A program made the position numbers and the translations under genes. DNA of 64,000 nt, from NCBI GenBank assembly GCA_964016885.1, contig OZ024761.1:22754001-22818000 (forward strand). The letters run 5' to 3'. Below are positions 1 to 12,400 of the stretch, one piece after another. The notes under the pieces were generated by a model, which saw only the letters and a list, made by a program, of their open reading frames with translations, searched no databases and was not told where the DNA came from. Origin of the DNA: Eledone cirrhosa (taxonomy: Eukaryota). Numbering within the stretch: the first letter of the stretch is position 1; the number at the start of each line of letters is the position of its first letter.

Positions 1-615
1 TCCATGGAACAAACTACCTGCATCAGTTATTAGCTGTCGAGACACTGCATCCTTTAAAACCTCCATGGAACAAACTACCAGCATCAGTTGTTAGCTGTCG
101 AGACAGTGCATCCTTTAAAACCTCCATGGAACAAACTACCTGTATCAGTTGTTAGCTGTCGAGACACTGCATCCTTTAAAACCTCCATGGAACAAGCTAC
201 CTGCCTCGGTTGTTAGCTGTCGAGACACTGCATCCTTTAAAACTTCCATGGAACAAACTACCTGCATCAGTTGTTAGCTGTCGAGACACTGCATCCTTTA
301 AAACCTCCATGGAACAAACTACCAGCATCAGTTGTTAGCTGTCGAGACACTGCATCCTTTAAAACCTCCATGGAACAAACTACCAGCATCAGTTGTTAGC
401 TGTCAGGACACTGCATCCTTTAAAACCGCCATGCTTCCCGAGATTTGCCAACACTACACCTAATATTCCCCCTCCATACACACACACACATGTATATCAT
501 GACTCATACACTGTTCACTTTCCTGACATTTGTACATTATTCTATGTACTATACATGCACCTTTGATGAGTTGTAGTGCACCTGAGCACTGTACACAATA
601 ATTTCATTATTATTA
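1..615 (+). mobile_element. 3' end of a CR1/L2-like LINE with a 61-bp ORF2 segment tandemly amplified (at least 7 copies, 1-427)
   Basis: Unit tccatggaacaaactacctgcatcagttgttagctgtcgagacactgcatcctttaaaacc encodes WNKLPASVVSCRDTASFK; 428-615 matches the single-copy LINE end at 21200-21610 (-) and ends in an (ATT)n tail. Confidence 0.8.
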
Positions 616-809
616 TAATATAGATAAAGTACCAGTAATGTACTGGATAATTGCTGGCCTTGTGCCAAAAGTAGAAACAATCAGCCATGATGGTGATTAG
701 AACCCAATATCTCTCTGTTTGAATCTGCCACTGCTAATGATTCTGCCAAATTCATGTCATTGACTCACTTCCTCTTACAAATGAGGAGAAAAGAGAAAAA
801 AATAAGGGC

Positions 810-1060
810 TATATCTGTACCCTAGTTTAGGGAGTATATCTGTACCCCAGTGTAGGGGGTATATCTGTAGATAGTCTAGGGGGTATATCTGTACCACAGT
901 ATAGTATATCTGTAGATAGTCTAGGGGGTATATCTGTACCACAGTATAGTATATCTGTAGATAGTCTAGGGGGTATATCTGTAGATAGTCTACGGGGTAT
1001 ATCTGTACCACATTCTAGGGGGTATATCTATACCACTGTATAGAGGGTATATCTACACCA
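810..1060. repeat. ~24-bp minisatellite (ggggtatatctgtagatagtcta variants)
   Basis: Direct tandem copies visible. Confidence 0.8.
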
Positions 1061-1064
1061 GACT

Positions 1065-2025
1065 AGTGTTGGTAGTAGTAGTAGTAGTAGTGGTGGTGGT
1101 GGTAGTGGTGGTGTTGGTGTTAGTAGTAGTAGTACTAGTAGTAGTAGTAGTAGTGGTGGTGTTGGTAGTAGTAGTTGTAGTAGTGGTAGTGGTGGTGTTG
1201 GTAGTAGTAGTTGTAGTAGTGGTGGTGGTGTTGGTAGTAGTGGTAGTAGTAGTAGTGGTGGTGGTGTTGGTAGTAGTGAATGTTCTGGAAAAAAGTCAAC
1301 AATAGATTTCAACAATTGAGTTGTCAACTCAGATTTATTTTAATGACCAGGATGTAGTGGTGGTGGTGTGGTGGTGTGGTGGTGTGGTGGTGGTGGATGT
1401 GGTGGTGGTGTGGTGTGGTGGTGTGGTGGTGGTGTGTGGTGGTGTGGTGTGGTGGTGGTGTGGTGTGGTGGTGTGGTGGTGTGGTGGTGTGGTGGTGGTG
1501 TGGTGGTGTGGTGTGGTGTGGTGGTGTGGTGTGGTGTGGTGGTGTGGTGGTGTGGTGGTGTGGTGGTGGTGGATGTGGTGGTGGTGTGGTGGTGTGGTGT
1601 CTGTGTAGTGTTTGTGTGGGTGTGTATGTAGTGTATGTTGTGTGTCTACATGTGATGTATGTATGTATGTGTGTTTGTGTTATTGATGAATTTCAGCATG
1701 TCCAGACATGGTCTCACAATAAAACACACGCATACATATCAACACATACAAACACACATGGAAAACATGCACACACCATTTCACACACCTGTAAATTCCT
1801 ACCGCCAAGTGTTTCTCTTCTTCTTTTCCTTCTTCTTCTTCTTCTTCTTCTTTTCCTTCTTCTTTTTCTTCTTCTTCTTCTTCTTCTTCTTCTTCTTCTT
1901 CTTCTTTTCTTTCTTCTTTTCCTTCTTCTTGTTCTTCTTCTTCTTCTTCCCCCCCCCCTCTTCTTCTTCTTCTTCTTCTTCTTCTTCTTCTTCTTCTTCT
2001 TCTTCTTTTCCTTCTTCTTCTTCAC
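1065..2025. repeat. Simple repeats: (GTA/GTG)n, (GTGTG/GTG)n, (TTC)n
   Basis: Low-complexity tracts. Confidence 0.95.
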
Positions 2026-2064
2026 CCATGTATTCCTGAGAGAGTCAGAGACCCCCCCCCCCCA

Positions 2065-2145
2065 GTAGGTCCTGTCAGAAGCAACCATCTCCAACCCATC
2101 TGGCTGAATCCTCCAAGCGAGACCAGCCAAGCTCATGGATGTTAT
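2065..2145 (-). mobile_element. Short RTE-type LINE 3' fragment
   Basis: Similar to 22590-22800 (LEMVASDRT/LEMVASERT). Confidence 0.55.
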
Positions 2146-2155
2146 CCAACTTTCT

Positions 2156-3005
2156 AGTGGTGTTAGTGGTGGTGGTGGTGTTAGTGGTGGTGGTGGTGGT
2201 GGTGGTGGGGATGATGGTGGTGTTGGCAGTGGTGGTGGTGGTGTTAGTGATGGTGGTGGTGGTGGTGGTAGTGTTAGTGGTAGTGATGGTGTTGGTGGTG
2301 GTAGTGGCAGTGTTGGTGCTAGTGGCAGTGGTGGTGCTAGTGGCAGTGGTGGTGCTAGTGGCAGTGTTGGTGCTAGTGGCAGTGGCAGTGTTGGTGCTAG
2401 TGGCAGTGGTGGTGCTAGTGGCAGTGGTGGTGCTAGTGGCAGTGTTGGTGCTAGTGGCAGTGGCAGTGTTGGTGCTAGTGGCAGTGGTGGTGCTAGTGGC
2501 AGTGTTGGTGCTAGTGGCAGTGGCAGTGTTGGTGCTAGTGGCAGTGGTGGTGCTAGTGGCAGTGGTGGTGCTAGTGGCAGTGTTGGTGCTAGTGGCAGTG
2601 GCAGTGTTGGTGCTAGTGGCAGTGGTGGTGCTAGTGGCAGTGGTGGTGCTAGTGGCAGTGTTGGTGCTAGTGGCAGTGGCAGTGTTGGTGCTAGTGGCAG
2701 TGGTGGTGCTAGTGGCAGTGTTGGTGCTAGTGGCAGTGGCAGTGTTGGTGCTAGTGGCAGTGGTGGTGCTAGTGGCAGTGGTGGTGCTAGTGGCAGTGTT
2801 GGTGCTAGTGGCAGTGGCAGTGTTGGTGCTAGTGGCAGTGGTGGTGCTAGTGGCAGTGGTGGTGCTAGTGGCAGTGTTGGTGCTAGTGGCAGTGGCAGTG
2901 TTGGTGCTAGTGGCAGTGGTGGTGCTAGTGGCAGTGGTGGTGCTAGTGGCAGTGGCAGTGTTGGTGCTAGTGGCAGTGGTGGTGCTAGTGGCAGTGGTAG
3001 TTGTA
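2156..3005. repeat. Compound G-rich minisatellite (18/24-bp units, ggtgctagtggcagt)
   Basis: Tandem units derived from a (GGT)n tract. Confidence 0.95.
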
Positions 3006-3289
3006 GTGTTGATAGACTTCAGTTAATCCACCACATCAACATAATTAACTAATTAGTCTCTACTAAATCTATTGATATTGCTTTTAAAATTGACAACAAT
3101 AATAATTGTTTCTACTTTAGGCACAAGGCCAGCAATTACCCCAGTACATTACTGGTACTTTATTTTATCGACACTGTTAGAATGAAAGGCTGACCTAATC
3201 TTGGTGGGATTTGAACTCAGAACGTAAAGGGCTGTAACTCTGTGTATATACAGGGGTACAGTGTACCTGTTGCAAAAACTTGATATGTA

Positions 3290-3560
3290 CAGCATATTAC
3301 AGCTACATGTGATACTATATTACAGCCATATGTGGTGCTACATTAAAGCCACATGTGGTGCTACATTACAGCTACGTGTGGTGCTACATTACAGCTACAT
3401 GTGCTGCTGCATTACACCTACATGTGCTGCTACATTACAGTCACATGTGATACTATATTACAGCCATATGTGGTGTTACATTACAGCCACATGTGGTGCT
3501 ACATTACAGCTACATGTAATACTATATTACAGTAACATGTGGTGTTATATAATTATGTGG
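3290..3560. repeat. ~23-bp minisatellite (gctacattacagctacatgtggt)
   Basis: About 11 degenerate copies. Confidence 0.85.
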
Positions 3561-3674
3561 TGACAGAGGAAGTGATTTACTCATTAACACTAATGAGTAA
3601 TTAACTTCAGTGGTTTTATGTTTTAATCAAAACTTTGTTAATTTGTTGTGAACAGACTTCCAGTGATGACATCA

Positions 3675-3955
3675 CCTCTACTATCACTACTACCACCACC
3701 ACCACTACACCACCACCACTACTACCACCACCACAACCACCACCGCTACTACTATCATCACCACCATCACCGCTACTACTATCATCACCACCACCACCAC
3801 TATCACTATCATCACCACCACCACCACCACCACTATCACCACCATCACCGCTACTACTATCATCACCACCACCATCACCACCACCACCACTATCACTATC
3901 ACCATCACCACTCCCACCACCACCATCACCATCACTAATTATCACCACCACCACC
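3675..3955. repeat. (CAC/CTA/CAT)n simple repeat
   Basis: Low-complexity tract. Confidence 0.95.
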
Positions 3956-5400
3956 GCCCGTCTTCTCATACACCACGTAGCGCTGAATCTCCCCGAGAAC
4001 GGCGTTGCCTGGGCCTGACCGAGCGATTTCTCTTTGCACCCGTCTCTGATGTGAGCCCCAGATCTCCTTGGTTCCCCTCACTGTTGATTTCCTCAGTAAA
4101 GAGGCCGGCCCGCTTGAGGGGGTCGCCTTGTGAGGTGGGGGTGCTTCTTGCAGCGGTTGTCTCTGACCAGTCTCTGCCGTTTTGTCCACGGGTCGCAGCT
4201 AAGGCTGGGGTCTAGTGTCTGTCCCTGCCCCTTTCTTTTCTTGCTCGATTCTTCTTTGTCTTCTCCCCCCCCCCCCCTAATAATTGTTTCTACTATTGGC
4301 ACAAGGCCAGCAATTATACCAGTACATTACTGGTACTTTATTTTATCGACCACGTAAGGATGAAAGGCAAAGTTAATCTCGACGGGATTTGACCACCCCC
4401 CTTAATAATGTGTCGTGTTGCTAAGACATAACTCAATATGTAATTGTACGTTATACACTGATCAATAAATCGATTACAAATAAGTAAAAAAAAAAATACA
4501 ATAATAACAAATAAATGGTACACGTGTTTGTGGAATGTTCGGCCACTTCTACGTTAACTTTCCGAGTTGGCTATTAAACATAAACTGGAACATTCGTCGT
4601 CAGAATCTACGGAAGCCCAACAGGAGCACAAACTTTACGTTACACTCACGTATCGTAGTGATCGTTAGAAAAAAAAAAATCAAAACATCTCGAACATTCG
4701 ATTTTAAGGACTCGATCGATCAAAGTTTCAGCCAAAATAAAAAGTTAAATTGTTTTTATTACCCGAGACGGGTAAAATATATATCTATTTTTAATTTTAA
4801 GGGCAGTTAGTCGATGTTTTTGGTTAGAATTTTCAAGGTGAAATTTAGGTTTATTTCTATGATTTTTTAAAGGGTTTTATACGTTGTAAATAACTGGTTT
4901 TCTGTGGTCCCTTCACCTGGGATTTCCATCACACTAGTCTCGGAGACGACTGTAATGATATTTACCGGAAAATCAAATCAAATCAAGGAACTAAAACTGT
5001 TTAAAGTCTAAACGAAATTGTCGAAGTAGACAAAGACCAGCTTGAATTTTTATATCTGTTGATCCTTGTCTGCTATATAAAGTATCGTATATTGTATATA
5101 CTGTATATAGTATCGATTATATAGTTGTATATACTGTTGTATACTGTATATAGTATCGATTATATAGTTGTATATACTGTTGTATACTGTATATAGTATC
5201 GATTATATAGTTGTTTATACTGTAGTATATAGTATTGATTATGTAAATTTTATTTATTGTAAATTGAAAGTGTTCAGTAATTGTAAACAACGAATCTTAC
5301 TTTCTCAATATATAAATATATTTATGCACACACGCATCTGTATATATATATATGCGTGTGTGTATATATATATATATATATATACACACGCACGCGCATG

Positions 5401-5432
<32 letters not shown>

Positions 5433-5629
5433 TGAAAATAATAAAAAAGGACGAAGTGTTAGGTCTGCATTATGTTTTTTTGAGTTGTGACGCACGTTTC
5501 ACGATTGATCAGCTCAAGGTTCGATCTGTATCGATCGGGCCTGACTCTGGAATCAAAAGCTCGTCGGACTTCTGTTAAAGTAATGAAATAAATTCACACA
5601 CACATTACATATACAGACACACACATTAC

Positions 5630-5660
<31 letters not shown>

Positions 5661-5868
5661 CACACACACACACACAGGATGCCATGAGTAAAATTGTTTC
5701 AAGCACATGAGATATGGCGGGAAAGAGTAGCTGTGACTATGACCATGGTGATTGTGGGTGTCACCCGCATTAGACCCGAACTTTACTCTACTCCCAAACC
5801 ACCCACATCTGTTAATAAACTGAAAGATTAGTGCCCCTCCCCCGTAGAACACGCATGCATGTATATAT

Positions 5869-5903
<35 letters not shown>

Positions 5904-5904
5904 C

Positions 5905-5990
5905 ACGATGCTCGGCTGAAAAGTTCAAATGGTGACCAAGATACTCTTATGGAATGACCAAATGAGGTTTATTTTTCAACATAGTCCCTA
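5905..5990 (+). mobile_element. Probable mariner-type terminal fragment
   Basis: cacgatgctcggctgaaaagttc... directly after a TA tract; resembles mariner-type ends such as 37936. Confidence 0.4.
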
Positions 5991-6389
5991 GAAAGAAACA
6001 ATACAGTTATTAATAAGAAGAGTTGAAATTAATACATGCAAGATTTCACAGCTCTAGCATTAATCCTTCGTAGTTAGTCTATGAACTGTTCTGCCGACCT
6101 TCGAATATATATGTATGCATATATATAGTTCGGATCTAGCTGTGGAAACGGCAGGAGCTCAGCCGTCGGGGTCCCGAATCCTTCATATATATATGTATGT
6201 ATGTATGTATATATATATATATATATATATATACATACTCGTATGTGTGTGTTATTGCGATCGCGAATGTTATCAAACAATCTGTCCCATATTCACCCCG
6301 GATATTGTTATCGCATGTTTAATGTTATTAGCCGGTTGTTGCAGCTGTCCAAAGAAGATTCACAATAAGCAGCTTTCACTATATATATA

Positions 6390-6441
<52 letters not shown>

Positions 6442-6478
6442 TAAGCTTGTTGAATCCTAACAAATTAAATATAACCCC

Positions 6479-6537
<59 letters not shown>

Positions 6538-7234
6538 GTATATTAAAGTATGATTTACAAGGGAAAATGAACGCTTTACGAAGAAAAGCCACATTTTCTC
6601 GCTTTCGTTTCTTTCTACGAAGATAAGCCAACGATTGTATAAGTTAATACAACGAACTATATAACTATTTTTATACCAAACAGCCTGAAACCCCGCAGCT
6701 TGGTTCCACTAGACTAAGATGTTTGTTTTAAAATGTTTAGATTCCTCTAAAAAAAAAAAACCGTCGTTCGCAATTCTTCTCTTAGTAATGAGAGAGTCGT
6801 TTCTGTGACTGAATTCCGTAAAATTCTTGATTGTTTTCAAATTTATTTGAAAATAGTTGATAGTCTTTCATTAAAAATATAGTAGCGAAAAAGTTAATGA
6901 AGGAAAAACTAAAATATAACTTAATAATACAAAGAAATCGCAAAATAAAGGTCTAGTTTCATTTTCAATATGTTCGTTTCAATGACATCATTTGACATTT
7001 TGTTAAAGGTCACCTAATACTAAGTCCACGTATGCCTGTCAAGTGTTGATACATCTACTTCCGTTTAAACCGGAAAAGCAGTTCTTCGGTTCGAAATAAT
7101 CCCATAATTTTCATCCAAAATCTTCTCAGAAAAACGTTTAAACTACTTACAATTTTCCTATATGATTCGGTTAGCCAAATATTTTAAAATACAATGAAAT
7201 TCTCGATAACATATCCACGGAAAATCCATCGATC

Positions 7235-7279
7235 TTTCTAGAAGCTACCAGAACAATCTAGAATCTTCTGGAAGCTTCC
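7235..7279 (+). promoter_or_regulatory. Heat-shock element: nine in-phase alternating nGAAn/nTTCn pentamers (7 perfect)
   Basis: tTTCt aGAAg ctacc aGAAc aatct aGAAt cTTCt gGAAg cTTCc, 25 bp upstream of the TATA box. Confidence 0.92.
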
Positions 7280-7303
7280 TTGAGAAGTACGAGAGCGAGG
7301 CAG

Positions 7304-7345
7304 TATAAAAGCTGGTGTTCCTCGTGCGATTTCGTCATTTCAGTT
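7304..7345 (+). promoter_or_regulatory. HSP90 core promoter: TATA box (7304-7310) and Inr-like TCAGTT (~7340)
   Basis: TATAAAA followed about 30 nt later by tcatttcagtt. Confidence 0.8.
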
Positions 7346-7454
7346 GAAACACATCAACGTCTCGTCTGTCAGAGCCGGCCTAACATTTTCTTTCAAAAGA
7401 AAAACCATTCATTCTTAGTATTTTATTATATAATCCATAAAATATTTTACCAAG
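7340..7454 (+). other. HSP90: HSP90 non-coding exon 1; intron 1 (7455-9421) ends immediately before the ATG
   Basis: Donor CAAG|GTAAGG at 7454/7455; poly-T tract and CAG|ATG at 9421/9422; same layout as Drosophila Hsp83. Confidence 0.75.
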
Positions 7455-7595
7455 GTAAGGAAGCTAGAAAATATATTTTGTAGCAACATTTTCTCTTATT
7501 TAAACATTTTTTTTTTAATATATATTTGCAGTAATTTTAGTATTTTTGATTTATTTAAAAATCCTTTGTAAAAGAAAAGATCCTCCTTTAAAATA

Positions 7596-7615
7596 TTTCC
7601 AGAATTTTCAAGAAT
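7596..7615 (+). promoter_or_regulatory. Intronic HSE (4 pentamers)
   Basis: tTTCc aGAAt tTTCa aGAAt. Confidence 0.6.
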
Positions 7616-8495
7616 TTAAAAAAAAAGTATTTTTGTCCAACATTTTTTCCGTCTTTTGTCGGCGTTTTGTTATTTTTTCATCATTTTCCAAATCTTTGCA
7701 GAAATATTTCTTTATATTTCAATATTTTTGTTAGATTTTATTTTAACTGAAAAAAACTTTCTTTTTTTGTCTTTCTCTTTCAATACTTTTGAAGTTAGAA
7801 TATAATTAACTTATTGATTATTGATTAAAGTGATCGAATTGATGGAATATTAATACTAAAGGGAGTTACATAATTATATAATTACATTGATTGCGGTTAA
7901 TGAGGGGTGGATGTATTAGATCTATATTATTATATTAATCTCTTGTTTAATAATTGATTTTATTATATTTGACCGCCACCCACATGTTTAGATAATACCA
8001 ACAATATGGTCAATGTCTGACTTGTTATTGGATCTGGGATCGATTCAGTGATCAATATTAATTTAGAGGGGATACTGGGGTCTCCCAGGGGAGGGATATT
8101 AAAAGTAATTTGCTTTGATAAACTTAGCCCTGTAAAAATTGTAAAATGGTGAAAAGTTGGAGAAAAGCTCTGATCGTAAGTTCCCAGGGCGAGAAAAAGC
8201 CGTTGAAAGTGACCCAGTCCCCTTTTTTTAATTTCTCCCCAGGTTTTGTCCAGGTTCCCTTCATTACTGATCCACGTCTCCATTAAATACGATCTTAGCT
8301 ACACCTCTTCTGTGCTGAGGTCGTCCCTGGGCATTGTTGAAGTTTTGATCTTTTGGTTTCTTATAAATAAATAAAATCTCCCGTCCTTCCCAACCTCTGC
8401 AATAATTGTGAAGGAGTTCACCCACCCCGGGGCCTCCTCCTTCCTTCCTTCCATAGAAGTTTCCAGACTTGTCAGACGCCCCCGCCTCTTCCTTT

Positions 8496-8510
8496 TGAAC
8501 TTTCTAGAAC
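8496..8510 (+). promoter_or_regulatory. Intronic HSE (3 pentamers)
   Basis: tGAAc tTTCt aGAAc; a weaker GAAnnTTC at ~8456. Confidence 0.55.
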
Positions 8511-9018
8511 TAGACTAGGTGGGGCCGGGATGACACGTGCTTTTGGGGGAGTGGGCATCTTTCTCAATAGATGTTTCGTGAAGAGAATTATATAATTATA
8601 TTATATCTCACTGATTCATTTAGCACCACCCGCTTATATTATATTATATAATATATATAGGAAAAAGTATGACCCCGACGGCAGAGCTCAAACCGTTTCG
8701 ATGGCTATTTTTGGACTATATATATAGATATATATATATAGATATATATATATATATGAGGTCTGAGATCTTGTCGATACAAGTGTTACGATCATATTGG
8801 GTTCGATTCCTGTGCAAGTTTCACGCAATCAACAAACAATGATCGTTTGTAAAATATCTTTGTGTGGGGCCAAATTTTGTTGGACCCAGGAAAGCCGGCT
8901 TTCTCGGATTTTGTATTTACTCAGGGAGGGAGGGAGGGAGGGCGTGTTGCTGGTCATATATTAATGGAGGAGGGGGGTGTCCTGGATACGAAATAAGAGG
9001 AGGTCTGGTTGTGTTAAT

Positions 9019-9033
9019 GGAAGTTTCTAGAAT
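9019..9033 (+). promoter_or_regulatory. Intronic HSE (3 pentamers)
   Basis: gGAAg tTTCt aGAAt. Confidence 0.55.
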
Positions 9034-9421
9034 TAGTGGCGCCGAAGTTGTGCGGGATTGCTGCAACCGGTGCACGCACGCAGAGGTGATTTGGTAGACG
9101 GAAACTGTATGGAAGACCGACGGATTGAGGTGGCGGCACTGTGCCTGTAATTGAAAGGGCCAGTGTTAGCACAGTTTTGCTGAATCTCCCTGAAACTGGA
9201 ATACTCAGTTCGTTAATTTCATGTGCAGTTCATCTGACAAAACTGGAACACTCCTTGAAACTATGGCGGGTCTTTTTCCCCTTCAAAGCAGCCGCCGGCT
9301 TCCACACTTGTATTGAATATATTGTAGGGTGTTTTCAAGGAATGCCCCCCCCCCCCCCCCCCCCCCTGTTTTAATGAAAATTGACCCCAATTTTTTTTTT
9401 TTTTTTTTTTTTCATCATCAG

Positions 9422-12400
9422 ATGTCGACTGAAACTGGAGATGGAGAAGAATTCGCTTTCCAGGCTGAGATCGCTCAGTTGATGAGTTTGATCATCAACA
9501 CTTTCTATTCCAACAAGGAGATCTTTCTCAGAGAATTGATTTCTAACTCTTCTGATGCCCTGGACAAGATCAGGTATGAATCGTTGACTGACCCTTCCAA
9601 GCTGGACAATGGCAAGGACCTGTTCATCAAGATCATCCCCAACAAGGAGGCTAACACCTTGACCATTATTGACACTGGTATTGGTATGACCAAAGCTGAT
9701 ATGGTCAACAACTTGGGAACCATTGCCAAGTCTGGTACTAAGGCTTTCATGGAGGCCCTGCAGTCGGGTGCTGATATTTCCATGATTGGTCAGTTTGGTG
9801 TAGGTTTCTATTCTGCCTACCTGGTTGCTGACAAGGTGATTGTTGAGTCTAAACATAACGACGACGACCAGCACACCTGGGAGTCTTCTGCTGGTGGTTC
9901 TTTCATTATCAGGAACTCTGTCAGTGAACGACTGGGCCGTGGTACAAAGATCACTCTGTACCTGAAGGAAGACCAGGCTGAATACTTGGAAGAGAAACGT
10001 GTGAAGGAGGTTGTGAAGAAACACAGTCAGTATATTGGTTACCCCATCAAACTGGTTGTAGAGAAGGAACGTAGCAAGGAAGTGTCTGATGATGAGGAAG
10101 AAGAGGAGGAAAAGAAGGAAGACAAAGAAGATGAAGAGAATGTAAGTAATTTCTACTTTATCTCTTATGAATGGACTGGTGTGGTTGTGTTTATAGTAGT
10201 GTAGTGGTGATAGTGGTCTCTATATGAATGGACTGGTGTGGCTGTGTATATAGTAGTGTAGTGATAGTGGTCTCTTATGAATGGACTGGTGTGGCTGTGT
10301 ATATAGTAGTGTAGTGATAGTGGTCTCTTATGAATGGACTGGTGTGGCTGTGTATATAGTAGTGTAGTGATAGTGGTCTCTTATGAATGGACTGATGGTG
10401 TGTTTAATTTTGTGATGTATTAGTGATGGTGGTCCTTATGAATGAACTGGTGTGGCTGTGTTTATAGTAGTGTGGTGGTGATAGTGGTTTCTTTTTTATG
10501 AATGGACTGGTGTGGCTGTGTTTATAGTAATGTAGTGGTGGTGCTGGTGGTTTACTGTCTATTTATGAATGGACTGTTTTGTTGACAGGAGGATAAGATG
10601 AAGATTGAAGATGTCGGAGATGAGGAAGAGTCTACAAAGAAGAAAAAGAAGAGCATAAAAGAAAAATATTTTGAAGATGAGGAACTGAACAAGATGAAAC
10701 CCATCTGGAGCAGAAACCCAGATGACATAAAAAATGAAGAGTATGGAGAGTTTTATAAATCATTGACCAATGATTGGGAGGAACATCTTGCTGTTAAGGT
10801 GAGTTTGCAGTTTTTTACTGTGGCCATATTGGGGCATTGGATTAGATTTACCCTTTATCAATTTCTCCTTGTTGGACCCGACACAAGCTTTTGGGGTATT
10901 TGTCTACTAAATTTCACTCAGAGGAATGGGTGACCTCAAATTGCTACAAGGGGAGAGTGAGCCTAATACCATGTACAGATGTCCCCCCGGTAGTGGGCAC
11001 TGCTGTGTTTTTTGATAGTATTGGAGTCCCTGAGATGCAACCCTGTGTGGGCTGTAAAGTGAAGTTTTTCATTTCATTTTGTTTCTCCTTTCTGATTGTG
11101 GTTATTTTGTTTTTGTAGCACTTCTCAGTTGAGGGCCAGCTGGAGTTCCGTGCTCTGCTCTTTGTCCCCAAGAGAGCTCCCTTTGATATGTTTGAGAACA
11201 AGAAGAAAAAGAATAACATTAAGCTGTATGTACGACGAGTGTTCATCATGGACAACTGTGAGGACCTGATCCCTGAGTACCTGAACTTCATTAAAGGTGT
11301 GGTAGACTCTGAAGATTTGCCCCTGAATATTTCTCGTGAGACTTTACAACAGAGCAAGATCTTGAAGGTGATTAGGAAACATCTGGTGAAGAAATGTGTT
11401 GAACTGTTTGAATCTGTGGCTGAGAACAAAGACGAATACAAGAAGTTTTATGAACAATTTTCCAAGAATTTGAAGGTAAGTCATCATCTATGTTGGTCTG
11501 GGTTTGTTGTGTCACCTATTGTTAGTTAGGGCTGAATTAGAGGCCTTACATATGTGGATATGTTAAGTGTATAGTGGACAGGGAAACTAGAGGTTGGCAT
11601 GTGACTAAGAGTGTAATATATAGTGTTGGTACTAATGTACTAGTGGACTATATATATATATATAGTGTTACATTACCAACGAAAACTAGTGGTGTTGATA
11701 TGGGGACTACATACTTTTAGGTTATATTACTAACATAACTGGCGGTGATATATGTTCTAGGGGAGTATATAATATATATTTACAGTTGCGTCTGAGCAAG
11801 GTACGGCATGGCCTACTGGCCTTGTCTCATGATATGGGTGACCTGTCTAACCTATGGAAAATAGATAAGTGGTGATGTGTGTTACTAAAATACTAATGTA
11901 GATGTTGTATTGATGTTTTTTTTAGCTTGGTATCCATGAAGATCACACAAACAGGAAGAAGTTGGCTGATTTCCTCCGTTACCACACATCCAGCTCCGGA
12001 GATGAAATGTCTTCTCTTAAAGACTACGTATCTCGCATGAAAGAAAACCAGAAGCACATTTATTACATTACTGGTAAGTATCAACTACTATGTATTATAT
12101 ACACTGTTTGGGGATATGATAGGTCAGCTGGGCACCACTTGGAAGGTATTCTAGTTTATATATCAGTCCCAGTACTTCAACTGCTGAGATATGGGATATT
12201 AGTAAATGAGTGAATGTAATGACACAACGATGGTGGATTATCGGGTAAGACATATACCTGTAGTGATTTGATGGTTGAATCCTTGCACCTCCTACATGAT
12301 ACCTGCTGATTGACATAGGGTTTCTCATAAGGCTACCTACCTTCTTCAGTATGGGGAAGATAGCTTTAAACTGTCTTGGTACACATTACCAATTTACATC

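Noticed and set aside
2135-3052. 305-aa Gly/Ser/Ala ORF resembling silk or a structural protein
   Set aside because: Stop-free minisatellite open in several frames; its ATG lies in an antisense LINE fragment; no signal peptide
9371-10024. Antisense ORFs over HSP90 exons (also 10944-11441)
   Set aside because: Codon-bias shadows of the sense CDS
11023-11050. TPP-riboswitch-like CTGAGA...ACCC in HSP90 intron 3
   Set aside because: The rest of the aptamer consensus is missing
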